From NCBI GenBank assembly GCA_964016885.1, contig OZ024743.1:289416001-289480000 (forward strand): a stretch of DNA of 64,000 nucleotides, in the 5' to 3' direction. The stretch comes from Eledone cirrhosa. Lineage: Eukaryota. The number at the start of each line of letters is the position of its first letter. Positions within the stretch are counted from its first letter, which is position 1. The position numbers and the translations under genes were made by a program. The notes beneath the pieces were generated by a model that was given only the letters and a program-made list of their open reading frames with translations, had not been told where the DNA came from and did no database searches. This document shows positions 1 through 14,749 of this stretch, piece after piece.

Positions 1-595
1 TAACGATGGATGGAGGAGATATATGGCGTGTGGTGGTGAGGGTTAAGGTGAGGAGTAAAGACATGTAGTTGGTGGTTCGTGTAAGTAGGGTACATATGAT
101 GTGTGTGTGCATGTGTAGAGTAGATGAGAACGAAATTGTGGGTTAGTGTTAACCACAGAAAGTAAGGGGGTGTGTATATGTGTGTGCATATAAGAGAAGG
201 GGTGGCATATACATATTGTTATACTTTGGGAGGGTCATGCTGCCAAAAATACAACAACAAAAACACCCGCACCTATTGGTTTTCAATTAAATTTATTATA
301 AATTTCCAGTTGGTTGGTTCCATAACCGGATGATTGTTTAGAGATACAAAAACAAGATGGTGTAGTGGTGTAGGACAGAACAAAGCAGAGACACACATTA
401 AAATCCTAATCACCTAGTCGTTTATATATATATATATATATATATGCATACATAAACGATGGAATTCAAGTAAATTTATGTTGAATTACAATTCTTTTTT
501 TTTTTTTCAATAATAAAGAATGGGGTGTGTATTGGCAGAATCTTTAATGAATCAGAGAAATGAATCATATGTACCCCATATATATATATATATTA

Positions 596-629
<34 letters not shown>

Positions 630-953
630 TTATATTTGGGGAGGGTCATATTGTTATAATATTGCCAGAAATAATAACAGAACACACTCACTGTTTGGTT
701 TGGGTTGGTTTTCGCTTCTGTATCTTTTATATCTCCATAGTTAATTTATTTGGCAATCGATTTTTATCATTGATTGACCAACGGTTGAAAATACAGATAT
801 AAACATCTTAAAACAAGTAAAAAACCACATATATATATATTTATATATATCTCCATGTGTGTTTATTTTTATAATTCCACACGAGGTGAACTAGCCTGCT
901 TTTAAATTCCCTTTTTGGCATATTCTGGCAGTGGGTTGGGTTATCGTTTTTGA

Positions 954-1034
954 GCTCTACTGACGAACGACTCCAACCATGACCATCCCCACTGAAAGGT
1001 TTCGTGAAATAGTCTTTTTAAGACTATATAGAGC
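954..1034 (+). ncRNA. Type I hammerhead ribozyme motif with full stem III
   Basis: GCUCUA CUGACGA ACGA..UCGU GAAA UAGUCUU-uuu-AAGACUA UA UAGAGC; stems I, II and III all pair; predicted AUA cleavage after 1028. Confidence 0.85.
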
Positions 1035-1260
1035 ATTTGTAGTTTTTCCAAATTGAAGGATGAGTATTTAAGCTTAATTTTATTCTGAATTAAGACTCTA
1101 GTGGTTTTTCCCTGGATTTCACAAAATCTGTGGATAAAATCTCTGTCTTGATTTTTTTTTAATTGAGTTTGAATTTTTTTCCCATATCTTACGTTAATTA
1201 TTTTCCATTTTGACGTTCTAGTCACTTATATATTATGCTCACAATAATTTCTATATTTTC

Positions 1261-1327
<67 letters not shown>

Positions 1328-1748
1328 AACCTTGGAATTCATGTAAATTCATGCTGAATTGCAATTTTTTTTTTGTTTCAATAAAGAAAGAGGTATTGAC
1401 AGAATCGTTATTGAATCGGACAAATGCTTAACAGTATTTGTTCCCGTTCTTTCCGTTCTGTGTTCAATTCCCACCGAGGTCAACTTTGTCTTTCATCCTT
1501 CCGAGCCGAGGAGAGTAAACGCTCTCCGACAGGTTTGCGGTCTATCCCATAGCAGTGGAGACTTCTAGTGTCCTTGGCCCTAGGACCACTCCCTACTCAC
1601 CACCATCGGTATGGAGTTGGCTATCTGCTGATGTGCACCTCGCGACCTGGAATGACTCCTCCAAAGTGTCTCCCTCTCCATCATCTGGGGAAAAGCCTTC
1701 TCTAGTCTCTGCTCCGCGTCCCAGGGCGGCCAGTGCGTAGGCCCTTAT

Positions 1749-1826
<78 letters not shown>

Positions 1827-1984
1827 TTGAGGGCATGACCATACCAGTATTGCTGAAGTATTTTGCAGAGCCAATGGTTAGGTGATAATGCTAATCGATG
1901 TCACAACTTATTTTTCGTGTTTTTTAACAGTATACAATTCAGCTGTAGTCAGCTGGACAACAGCTTTCAGATGTCATGTATGAG

Positions 1985-2345
1985 TAGAGGGTCGGATGCC
2001 ATGCTTTACAGCATAGAGTTACGCCCCTTTATGGTCTGAGTTCAAATCCCGCCGAGGTTAACCTTGCCTTTCATCCTTATGGGGTCGATAAAATAAAGTA
2101 CCAGTAATGTGCTGGTGTAATTGCTGGCCTTGTACCCAAAGTAGAAACAATTATTATTCAGTTGGATTGGCAGTATCGGTAGAGGGTCGGACGCCAATTT
2201 ATGCAGCATAGAGTTACGGCTCTTTACTGTCTGAATTCAAATCCCGCCGAGGTTAACTTTGCCTTCCAGCCTTACGGGGGTCGATAAAATAAAGTATCAG
2301 TAATGCACTGGGAAAATTGCTGGCCTTGTGCCAAAAGTAGAAATT
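1985..2345 (+). mobile_element. Two tandem tRNA-related SINEs (major family)
   Basis: B-box-like gagttcaaatccc followed by ctttgcctttcatccttacggggtcgataaaataaagtaccag; >15 copies or fragments in the window. Confidence 0.85.
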
Positions 2346-2844
2346 ATTATTATTCACTATTTCATATTGAAAGTTTCCCTGAAAATTATTTCGATTTCTA
2401 CAACACCAATTTGTTTGAATATAATTCTGAAATATTTGTAAAAATGTTTGACTTTGGAATATTTTACAACTTATTGCTTCTTAAAATCATCTTTCAAGAT
2501 ATTTTAAATCGCTCCATTCTACAACGTATAGATAAATACTCACGTGCAAAATATATATATGCGTGCGAATACATGTATCTATAAACACATGTAGAGCAGA
2601 ACTTTCAAACAGCCGAGTAGCATAATGTCCACAAATATCGTCATTCTAAAACATAACAACATACACACTCACACACTCACAAATTCAGGCGATTGTACTG
2701 TTCCTAACTCATAAACATAGTTTTGTATACACAGACACAAACCAAGATATGTATGTGTGAATGTGGATAGGTATGTATGCATATATGTAAGTATGCATAT
2801 ATATGTGTGTGTATATATATATACATATATATATACATACACAC

Positions 2845-2895
<51 letters not shown>

Positions 2896-3289
2896 TCTAA
2901 CAAATCCTCACTGCCAATTTTCAGTAACTTGTCACCAATTATCCCAACATCCTCACCCCACCATTTTGACTCTTGTTTTTATTAAATTAACCACATTCTC
3001 ATCCATTGTCTATCATCAACCACAGAGGATCATATGTTTTATATCTGCATTGAAACATATTTCGAATTTTTGTTTTCTTTTGTTTTTTAATGCCATTTAC
3101 TGACAAGTCATCAGCCCTACATTTTAGATCTTCTTCTTCTTCTTCTTCTTCTTCTTCTTCTTCTTCTTCTTCTTCTCACCATTATTACCATCAGTATTAT
3201 ATTTTTTTTCACTCATTATGCGAATCACCTGCCTAATCACTTACACTACGCGATGTTCAGTATATTCTACAAACCTTAATATTCGAAAT

Positions 3290-4200
3290 GATAAGGACCA
3301 CCGACGAAGTTTCTACAAAGCCTAAAATACCATGTGGCCAAGAACGAACGTATACGCCGCACCGACGTTTGCGACGTGGCCACCTAAGCAAAATCCTTGC
3401 TAAGCAGCTTTCGGCAACTGCTGTCAAAACGAGGCCATGAACACCGCGTTTGTGTTCTATTCTTATACTTGTTATCAAAAGTATAAGAGGAGAACACAAA
3501 CACAGTCACAGACATTACACAACAACAGCAACCAGCACCCTTAGTTCTAATAGCAACCCCAACCGATCGTGGAACAACAACTAAGAAAGAAACAGCATCA
3601 ACAAGAAGAAGAAGAACGAAAAGGAAAGAAAGAACCAATAAAATAAAGATAAAACCTGGGTCTACATTGATCTGCCATACCAAGGAGTACAGACAGAAAA
3701 TTGTCTTATAAACTGTATCAGAAGATATGGCCTCCTTGTGCGAGTAACAAGGGGTAGAAGGACATTGAGGCAGCATCTCACGCAGGGCGTCGAAGAAGAC
3801 GCTTACTGCCTTTGGAGATGCCCTGTCAGGGAATACACAGCCACATGCGCGTACCGAGCCAAAAAACATCGGTTCCCCACTTCATAACTCGACCATTTTA
3901 AAAGCAAATCCTCCAAGCGCAAAGAAATATGTGGAAGAAGAATAGCCAGGAAAATACTTGCAAAGATAAGAGACACGGTTAACCTAAGAATAACGGAGGC
4001 CCTTTTTATTACGAAGCGGCTGCCTATCCTAAACCACCGGAGTGACCTGGACACATGGAAACACATATACACGTAATTAGACGGTAATGGATTTGCCAAA
4101 CAAGGAATTAGATTAACATAGTTTGAAGAAGGGTTATAAAATCCGAAAGCACTTACTCGCAAATGAACTATACTAACCCAGCAACAATAGACAGCTCGTA
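3290..4200 (+). mobile_element. Degenerate Penelope-like element 3' fragment with decayed HHR
   Basis: VYIDLPYQG (~3660) resembles the PLE RT thumb; KILAKIRDTVNLRITEALFITKRLPILNHRSD (3951-4046) resembles the PLE GIY-YIG C-terminus; UUGAAGA-a-GGGUU/AAUCC-GAAA at ~4123-4148. Boundaries approximate. Confidence 0.6.
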
Positions 4201-4598
4201 GACAGTAGCCACGTGACAAACCTGTAACTTGGCAAACGTGACTTGGCTACTAAAATAATATTAACAGTAATTCTAATCCTAACTCTAGCTCTAACCCTAA
4301 TTTTAGATCTCACAGCTTTCTGCATTTCTCTACACTTCTACTTTCATCTAAACGAACAATAAAACACAAAACGTATACCATTTTTACATAGGTTTTATCT
4401 CGTTTATTATATCCTAGCTTCTCCATCTCCGCTCCCTATAGCTTACTCTTCTTACTTTGCCCTAAACGGCACACACTACTAAGAACTAAACAATCCACCA
4501 TACATATCCATGTATGTAAATATGTGTGTGTACGCACGCGCGCGTGAGTGTGTGTGTGATAAATATATTTATTGATATATATATATATATATATATAA

Positions 4599-4770
4599 TA
4601 TAGAAATGGCTTCTACAGGACTACAACTGTTTCATTCGAAGGGCTTTCGTGATGATTTCCTTCGAATGAAATAGTTCTAGTCCTGTAGAAGCCATATCTA
4701 TATTAAATATTTACACTCTGCTATGTATTGAGTACCTTACTTACTGTGGTTACCCCCGATAGAACCCGGG
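4599..4770 (+). mobile_element. Short fold-back insert in microsatellite with decayed HHR (relative at 34875-35105)
   Basis: ~42-bp inverted arms around gctttcgtgatgattt; the 34.9-kb copy retains CUGAAGA..GAAA; shared 3' tail. Confidence 0.6.
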
Positions 4771-4837
<67 letters not shown>

Positions 4838-5242
4838 AACTCATAGTATTGGCATGAAATTATGTGGGAGGGCAGAAATCGATTATATCGAACTAGGACA
4901 AAATGCTTTTCAGTATTTAGTTACGACTAGGCCAACTTTGCCTTTTATCCTACCGGGTTCGATGACATAAAGTACCAGTTGAGTACTGGGTACTCTATTA
5001 ATATCTTACGCTCTCTGGATTCTGCCAATCCGCTGCCCTCATCATACATATACATAATAATGCACATACACACACTTGCATACACATAGCTCGAACTATG
5101 ATGGAGGTATTTATATAAGGTAAAAACTATTATATATATATGTGTATATCTGTATTTATATATATATTCGTTTATATACACATACGCACATACTTGCACT
5201 TATATATAAATGCATGTATGGGCGTATTTTGAAACTCTGCTC

Positions 5243-5333
5243 CATATCTGAGGATCTTGGGATTTCAGAGTCAGGTTTGATCATTGCATCGATCGTGCCT
5301 CGAACTATTCGCCAGAAAAACGATTGTAATATG
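5243..5333 (+). ncRNA. HHR-like motif lacking G12 (relative at ~24385-24680)
   Basis: CAUAU CUGAGGA long stem II ..AAAA CGAUUG UA AUAUG; GAAA replaced by AAAA in both copies. Confidence 0.5.
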
Positions 5334-5445
5334 TCTAATAAATCTTATTCGTCGCACCACTGATTCTCCGTTTCTTATGTGATATTTATTTATATATATA
5401 TATATAAGAAAAATGGAGCGCTGCGTGGTTGTAAATGGGTTACAT

Positions 5446-5546
5446 ATGAATAAAATTAGTCCTTCATCAGTGATCTTCCCACTTTCATTGGTATATGAAA
5501 TACCAATGAAAGTTGGAAGATCACTGATGAAGGACTAATTTTATTT
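5446..5546. repeat. Fold-back palindrome in TA-flanked insert (family relative at ~41610-41710)
   Basis: taaaattagtccttcatcagtgatcttcc..ttcattggtat / ataccaatgaa..ggaagatcactgatgaaggactaatttta. Confidence 0.8.
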
Positions 5547-5751
5547 ATTTATATATATATATATATGTATATACATATATATGTTGGGGTCGTGGTATAT
5601 ATTTACGTTGAGCCTCTGCTGTTTCCATCAACCAATTTGTACTCGCACGGTATTGGTCAACATGAGGTTATTGTAAAAGACGCTTGCTGAATATGCCGCG
5701 CCGTGCGAAACTTAACCCACAACTACATTCCTTTACCACACATGCACGCAC

Positions 5752-5785
<34 letters not shown>

Positions 5786-6229
5786 CATACCTACATTCAT
5801 ATCCGAGTAACTACATATTACTTGTTTGTGTAAATACATCTACAGATACATACATGAAGATTTACATAGATGTATAGATATATAATGCATGAAGAAATAA
5901 AAGCCGTGATAAATATTTAGAAGTTAATTGGTGAAAAAAAGCAATTACTTTGAGACCTAAACATAGAGATAGGTATGGAGAGAATTATGGTAAAGAGTGA
6001 AAGATGTATAGAGAAAGGTATTCGGAGAACTTGGCAAAATAATTCTCTTGGAGTTCCAAAATAAAAATAAACCGAAGACCTATATTCTTTGCTTAAACAG
6101 CTGTTGACACAGTGACAAGGCTGAAGAATTTCTTATTATTATTTCTAAAAGACAAAGTCAAAATACGTATCTAGAAATTTCTTTGTTGTTAATAATGTAG
6201 GTTTAGAGGGCGGTAGTTGGGGGTTGTCG

Positions 6230-6635
<406 letters not shown>

Positions 6636-6690
6636 ATATATATATATGATAAAGAACACAAGAGCGTCTACAACATCAAAAGATTTTTAT

Positions 6691-6739
6691 TGGCTTACAA
6701 TGTTTCTTCCTTACATAACCGTAGGATTCGTCAGAGCTA
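6691..6739 (-). ncRNA. Minimal type I HHR motif
   Basis: UAGCU CUGACGA a UCCU..AGGA a GAAA CAUUG UA AGCCA followed by AATAAA. Confidence 0.7.
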
Positions 6740-6807
6740 TAAAAGGGGTTTGATTCGTGTTATGGACTCTACCGACCAAACATTCAAGAACAAAGAGTAA
6801 AGATAGT

Positions 6808-7055
6808 ATTGTTATACTTTGGGAGGGTCATGTTGTCAATAAGAAACACACGCACCAGTTGCTTTCACTTCAATTTATTATAATAAATTTATAAATTTAG
6901 GAATTTATAAATTTCCGGTTGGTTGGTTCCACAACCAGATGGTTCTTTCGTCACACATTCTGTGACCTCTTCAGTGACGGGGGTTCTTTTCTTTGTTTTT
7001 TGTGCCTCTCCTTTGTTCTGTCCTACGCCATCTTATTTTTGTGTGTTTTTGTGTT
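6808..7055 (-). mobile_element. Dispersed TA-associated repeat with HHR-like core (relatives ~216-420 and ~28845-29160)
   Basis: Shared ttgttatactttgggagggtcatg..ggttggttcca segment; CUGAAGA-g-GUCACA/UGUGAC-GAAA on minus at ~6946-6974. Confidence 0.55.
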
Positions 7056-7159
7056 ATATATATATATATATAAACAAATAGTAGAAAGGAAAAAGATTCT
7101 TTCAGTAGAAAATGTTCAAGAGATTTTTTTCAGTGAGATATCAAAACATTAATTTATTT

Positions 7160-7197
7160 ACAATACCGGTTTCAGCATTTTATGCATTGTCAATTGC
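7160..7197 (-). ncRNA. Minimal type I HHR, U3-A8 variant
   Basis: GCAA UUGACAA u GCAU-aaa-AUGC u GAAA CCGG UA UUGU; palindromic stem III ACCGGU; lies within a ~1-kb insert bounded by ~80-bp inverted arms (7072-7150 / ~7976-8054). Confidence 0.7.
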
Positions 7198-8135
7198 GGA
7201 TATGTAGAATATTGTTAAGTTGCATGTTTGTACAAGTAGTGATAATAATAATAATGAAGAAAATGAAAATAAAAAGGGAAGAAAAATTGATTTTCACATA
7301 CATGTTCATTCAGAGACGAGAGTTCATTTCTCTGTCCATCCTTCTCTGCTTATATCCTGGTTGTGACAGGTAGTAGGAGAAGGTAGAGGAAGGAGGAGAG
7401 AGGAGAAGAGGAAGGAGATGTGTTAGCAGAATGCTGTGAGAAGCCCTTTGAGGAGTGGATGCAAATTCCAGCTGGGATTGGTTTGAGAGGCCGGGTACCT
7501 TAGAGTTGACAGGTATTTTTTCTTAGAAGAAGTCATCAACATTGACCTTGTTTTTTTGCCACAAAGAAGATTAAGAGTTATTGAGATACTAATTCCATCC
7601 CTACCAGAAATTTCAGGTTTAGGGGAATGGAGAAAATGTTGCCACAAAAGGGGGTTCAGAGTTACTGAAATGCCCATTCTCTCTTCAGCAGAAACTTCCA
7701 GGTTAAGGGGAATGTAAAGCATTTAGTTTGACACCTGAATGCTTCCATTTATCCGAGTATCTTCGTGGAAGACCTCCAGGGTTAGCTGATTTGGATGTTT
7801 CTATGTGGTTGCTTGATCTGCATTATATAGTTGTCAGAGGTTGCTGGAATCTTGGAGAAGGTTAGATTGCTAAAGGGTTAATTTGTCTAGGGTGTTATTT
7901 TTAAATGTTAGTTTAGTCGGAAGTGGAAGCATTTAGAAGGGGTTCGTATTTGGCGATAAATTGGGATTCCTTGCAAATGTTTTGATATCTCACTGAAAAA
8001 AATCTTTTCAACATTTTCTACTGAAATAATCTTTTTCCTTTCTACGATTTGTTTTTATATATATCAACTCGTGTGGTACTTTTCTACATTATATATATAT
8101 GAGAAAGAGGGAGAAAGAGATAGAGATATAGAGAG

Positions 8136-8204
<69 letters not shown>

Positions 8205-8258
8205 ATAGACATATAGACATACAGATAGATAGAAAGATAGGTATTTGTGTGTGTGTGA

Positions 8259-8291
<33 letters not shown>

Positions 8292-8838
8292 CGTTTCTAT
8301 AATGTGCATAAATAAACTTCATACTGTTATATTTAATGTGCACCTTCACTGCAGATATGTAAGACATATATAGCTTTCCAGTAGAATAGACCGAATCTGT
8401 TTTGTTTGAGGCTTTTTCTGTACACCGAAATATTTACTTGACTGCAAATCTATACATACATACATGGTGGCTGCAAACTCTGCTAAAGAGTATTGCAATC
8501 GCTTATCAGATTACAGCAAATGTTGCACTCTTAGGCTACAGCCAGCCACACGAACCTGTAACAGATCCTGAACAAGCAATGCCTGTGCTTTGAAGGTCGG
8601 GTCTTGTATTTCATCCCACAGGGTGTCCAAATATCACAATAATGAACATTACTTTCACTTTGGATCCGTCTTCGTTTGGTGAAATTCCAGGCCCATTGTT
8701 TACCACACTTCCGACGGGAAGAAATTGCAAAGAAACCTTAATCTGCAGGAGTTTGTACATGGCTTCTATGATGATATCTAGGACTTGTTTTACTGAGGCA
8801 TATTCAGCTATACACAACCACACACACACACACAGACA

Positions 8839-8879
<41 letters not shown>

Positions 8880-8889
8880 ATACACACAC

Positions 8890-8943
<54 letters not shown>

Positions 8944-8989
8944 TCTTTTTTTTCTTTTACTTTTTTTACTTCTTCGCCCTCTTATTCCT

Positions 8990-9360
8990 GTGAGAGTTGT
9001 GGAGGCAAAGTCCTTAAGCATGCCTTTCAACGGGTCCTCTCAGAAGCAACCATCTCCAATTGATCTGATTGGATTCATTCAAAAGCGAGTCCAAACATCT
9101 TTCTCTGGGTCTCCTACTGCTTGGTTTTGCCCGTAAAATCTGTCCAGCCATTATTTTCTGAGATATTATGACCACACGCTCTTTTTCTGATGACCGAATG
9201 ATGAAGCTGGCACATTACTGCAACAGCTCCTGCAATTCTTGCATTTCACCACTCGTGAACACGACAATGAGATACTTGAACTTCTCCACCTACTCCGGTG
9301 GAACTCCAATCACGGGTAGAGTGCACTGCTCAGGCTTCCTTTAGCGGACTAGTATCTCAG
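8990..9360 (-). mobile_element. RTE-like LINE reverse transcriptase C-terminal fragment
   Basis: Minus-strand VEKFKYL..VFTS and RIAGAVAVM.QL motifs; degenerate. Confidence 0.65.
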
Positions 9361-9459
9361 TTTCCCCAGTCTTCCTCCAAGGCTACAATGACTATCGATG
9401 GACATTCGACCTGAAGTGGGAGGCGTGGAATTAACGCACAAATGATACGGAAGGTAGCA

Positions 9460-10163
<704 letters not shown>

Positions 10164-10607
10164 AAGATAATAAATTTGAAGACTAAAATCCAAAGAGGGC
10201 TCCATAAGGATAAATATATATCAAATATATAAGAAGATCCCGTTAAGGGTGAAAGCAGCGATTCTTTGCTTAAATATTAATCTGTTATTTTAATAAACAT
10301 ATATATATAAAGATGTAGTTCCTGTCTGTTTGTTTGTTTGTTTGTTCACGAACTCCTCCTATGGTTTTGGAGATAGACCCCCCATAACCATATATATTCT
10401 GAAACTACAGTGCCCAGGGTACTTGGATAAGTACATTTCATTTTAATCAAAGGGATTCCCGGGGGGACAAACCCCCGCTGAAAATGTTTTCACTTCGATT
10501 TATATGAAATTTAAACCATAGGTAAACGACAAGATATGGTGCCTATTCACAAAATTTCAGGAAATTTTAATAATATTAAGACACTCCTATAACGAAACTT
10601 TTGGCCA

Positions 10608-10950
10608 ATAAATGGAACAAGATGTGTTGTAACAAGATTGCATGAGAACTTGATTGAAGCAACCATTATATAAGGGGCTTACAAAGGTCAAGCTCTTCTC
10701 ATTCCGAGGATTCCACTTATACCAAGTGATAACGAGTTGCCTTCTAAATTTAAGAGGCTGCAGTTCCCAGTGAGGCCATGCTTTGCCATGAGCATCAATA
10801 AGAGTCAAGGTCAAACTTTCAAAACTAGGTATAGATCTGACATATTTCAGTCATGGCATGTTTCAAGGACTGGAACTTCAAAAAATATCTACATTTAGCC
10901 AATCAAAGAAAGACGAGAAATGATGTTTACTCTGAAGTTCTTCATTAGGA
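10608..10950 (+). mobile_element. Helitron PIF1-type helicase C-terminal remnant
   Basis: NGTRCVVTRLHENLIEATII*...IPRIPLIPSDNELPSKFKRLQFPVRPCFAMSINKSQGQTF; stops and deletions present. The element probably extends over ~10300-11260. Confidence 0.85.
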
Positions 10951-11259
10951 CAAAGTATGAGATATATTTTCAAGTATTTATTATGTTAAAAAATAAATAA
11001 TTAAATTTGATTTCTAATTTGAAAATAATGCTTTACACAAAAATGAAATGATCAAGTTTTGATCTGATATTTTGACAAAAATTATTTACAAGAAACAAAA
11101 TAAGATTCGATAATGTAATTTTGATTTGATATATTACAAAAAATAATGTTTTCCAATTTTTCATGAATTTCATTTTCCATTGAGTAATATTGATATGCAG
11201 AGTTTTTCTCCATAAATTATATCACTGATTTGAAATGAATCATCATTTTCTTACAAAAA

Positions 11260-11330
<71 letters not shown>

Positions 11331-11333
<3 letters not shown>

Positions 11334-12077
11334 TATAATGTATGTCCATAGAATCATTTGATAATATATATACACCATTTCCTCTCCCAATTAGCATAAT
11401 CAACCACATAAAAAATCAATTAGACCAGGCTATAAGATTAAAAGGCACCTATGAAGAAATATAAGATAAATAAACGACAGCAATCTCTTCGCGGCCGACC
11501 GCCATAGAATATGTACCCAACATTTCAACCGCACGTGGAAATCGACTAAATATACCGTCACCCATACACAATTAGGTATAAAATTAAAGTTAGAAGAAAT
11601 GCGTACACCCTCATCAGGATTATGTCTTTACCCTCGGGTTTCGTTCGCATTTTGAGATATCCTATTAAGGATAAAATCTCGAGCTTCGAACTCGTCAGGA
11701 AACAAACTTATAGAACAAGTAATTTTCTAAAATGATCCCCGCCAGAAACAAATTCAAAATGGCTAAAAATCGTGACGTGGCAGTGGTCAAGTCAGAAAGA
11801 ATGTGATTGGTTGCTTACGGCGAGTGGGCTGGTTGCTAGAAAGCGCAGCCCAATATTGCCCAAATTGCATCTCAACCTAATGGGAGATTATTAAATATAA
11901 AGATTTACATATACACAAACTAAACAAAGTCACAGATATATATGTTTTGGCAACCATTCACGACGTGGCTCAATGATGAATTAATAAATTAAATAATCAG
12001 AGCAATATACTATAAAGTATGTCCATAGAATCATTTGGTAATATATATACACCATTTCCTCTCCCAATTAGCATAAT
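11331..12077 (-). mobile_element. ORF-less HHR element, 677-bp unit with ~70-bp terminal redundancy, in (TA)n
   Basis: 11331-11400 is repeated at 12008-12077; HHR at 11623-11704. Confidence 0.75.
11623..11704 (-). ncRNA. Type I HHR with branched stem II
   Basis: UGUUUC CUGACGA GUUCG..CGAAC GAAA CCC-ga-GGG UA AAGACA; one mismatch at the base of stem I. Confidence 0.75.
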
Positions 12078-12082
12078 ATATA

Positions 12083-12154
<72 letters not shown>

Positions 12155-12362
12155 GAAAGAAAGAGATTAGATGAGTTGATAATACAACTATATATGGCAG
12201 AGAAATATTCAAAGCTCGAATATGATTTCGAATTGTTTCGTGTTTGGAGACATTCGGACTTGCGGTTGGTTAAAAATCTATCTTTTTTGTATTATTCAAA
12301 TTTGAAAGAAACGCGTGTAAATCAATTGAATAATTTATTAAACCCTCGTTATTTATTTATTA

Positions 12363-12425
<63 letters not shown>

Positions 12426-12481
12426 GCGCACATATATATATGTATATGTGCATGCATATATATATATATATATACATATAT

Positions 12482-13039
12482 ATAGGAAAATGTTTAACCC
12501 CGACGGCAGAGCTCAAGCCATTTCGACGGCTATTTCTCGACTAAATTAGAATTTTTAGCATGGTAATAAATAGCCGAACTTTTCAAGGGGTAATTCCTCA
12601 TATGGGAAGATTGTAGTTGTCAAAAAGATTGGTCAAAATTTCTTGTAATCACAATTAAATCTTTCATGGTGGTGGGTGGAAGGTGGGGGTGGCTGAACTT
12701 GCCTGTATAACAATGACGGAGTGGGTGGAGCCGGTCAAGCGTTGAAAGTGAATTCTATACAGCAAATTCTAAGGAGTGTGTATGAAATTAGGCTAGGTAG
12801 AAAGCAGGCGAAAAAGCAATCTGAGAGTGGGACGTTATAAAATTAAAAGGTTAATGATTTGAGATTAAAAGAAAAAAATCAGAAAAAAATTAAATAGTAA
12901 AAAAATGATTAAAAAAGTCTCTAGATTCTAAAGCAGCTGCTATCGGGTTTAAACATTTTCCTATTACCCACTCTACTACCCTAAGTATTGAGTAATCTGG
13001 TGCGTTATGGTCCATCTGGTTCTTTGCCACACTTACTTC

Positions 13040-13045
<6 letters not shown>
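12482..13045 (+). mobile_element. TA-targeted repeat 'family A' (7 copies: also 21310-21498, 25088-25282, 38881-39290, 46060-46252, 46600-46730, 60643-60822)
   Basis: Shared tail ctattacccactctactacc..aagtattgagtac..tggtgcgttatggtccacctggt..ttaccaca ending in (TA)n; most copies have a 5' inverted duplication. Confidence 0.85.
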
Positions 13046-13122
<77 letters not shown>

Positions 13123-13228
13123 TTTTTTTTTTTAAATAGAGTTGTGATATATTAGTAAAAGGGAAAAGAAAATGCTGACAAATTTTTCACTGGGAAAAAT
13201 TTGTCACCATTTTCTTTTCCTTTTTACT

Positions 13229-13355
<127 letters not shown>

Positions 13356-14749
13356 ATGTAAAAAGTAAAGAGAAATAACAAACCATGTGACAAAGTACAA
13401 TGAAGAAATATATTGTTTAACGCTGGAAGTAATTGGCGACGAGCCTTCACGTTTTGGAAACTAATCTTTCACCAGAAGATAGAATGAGAATAGAGAAATA
13501 AAAGAGGAAATAAAAACATCGTGAGTGAGAGGAAGAATCAACAGAGAAAAATGCGAAAATATCACACGTGCGTATTCAGTCAGCCATATACGAATACATG
13601 AAATATATATATATAAATGAGTGTGTGGGGGCGATTTGTGCGTGTGCTTGTTTACTTCATGATTTATGAATGTAATTGTCTGCATGATTCTGTATATTAT
13701 ATAAACAACATTTTAAGGTGTACAGTAAATTACAAGCTGTTCTGTTGTTTGATTTTTGAAATACATTTTTTATGTTTATTATATATATATAGTTTATGAC
13801 GCAGTGGCGGATGTATGGAGCTAGTGACTGGGCTGTCACCGAAGCCCCTCCTCCCCCCCCCTCCCCATATATAAAGGGTACCGAATTTATTTTTTGTGAC
13901 CATAGATATCACTTAATGGCGCCGATGAAACGTTCAGCGAGGAGCTCCATCCCGAATGACAGGTGCGATGTTTGTGTTTCTTTTTTTTATATACACTTAC
14001 CTACAATTCTACGATTAGCCTATACATATTCTAGTTCCATTGGTATTCCAGACAGAATGAAAAAAATAAATGGATCATGCAATTATAGTGTACAACACTA
14101 AAAGCATATAAACATTAACACATATTTACATATAAATATTTAACTTCAAGGGTTAGAATTAGCAGCTAAATTACCTTCAAATTAACCGATATCATAAATA
14201 ATATATAGAATAAGATTTGGTATAATGCAGAAGCCTCGAAAATGTTCAAATTCTTGTATGATTGTGGCTAGGTTCATAGGTTTGCACGTCCAGTGCTGAC
14301 TTCCCACTGTAACTAAAAAAGAAAGTAACAAGATCAATGGCACTAACTACAACAGCAACAGCATAAAACAACAATAAAAACAACGATAACATAATAAGCG
14401 ACAACAGTAAATTCATCAGCTAAATCTGGTTTATATTCTGACTGAATGGCCAATAAAAGAACAAATATCTCCTTCAATTCTTCTTCTTCTTCTTCTTCTT
14501 CTTCTTCTTCTTCTTCTTCTTCTTCTTCTTCTTCTTCTTCTTCTTCTTCTTCTTCCCTGCTTGTACCGCAAGTGCAAGAAGGAAGATTTGTCTACAAGTC
14601 AATATTTGTAGGTCTACTTCTTTGCTCGGATGGCATCTTTGACCCCTTGATATAACCATAGAGTCCACCTGCCATCGGACGCCACCCCAAGCCTCTTTTG
14701 CCCGCAGTATATAACAGCTGAAGCAGAAACTACTGAGCTGAATAGTTAC

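Noticed and set aside
446-1430. Old direct duplication of ~450-560 at ~1325-1430
   Set aside because: Short diverged duplicate including a SINE head; no functional signal.
4270-4302. Interstitial telomeric repeat (ctaaccctaa)
   Set aside because: Only 1-2 good units; too short and degenerate.
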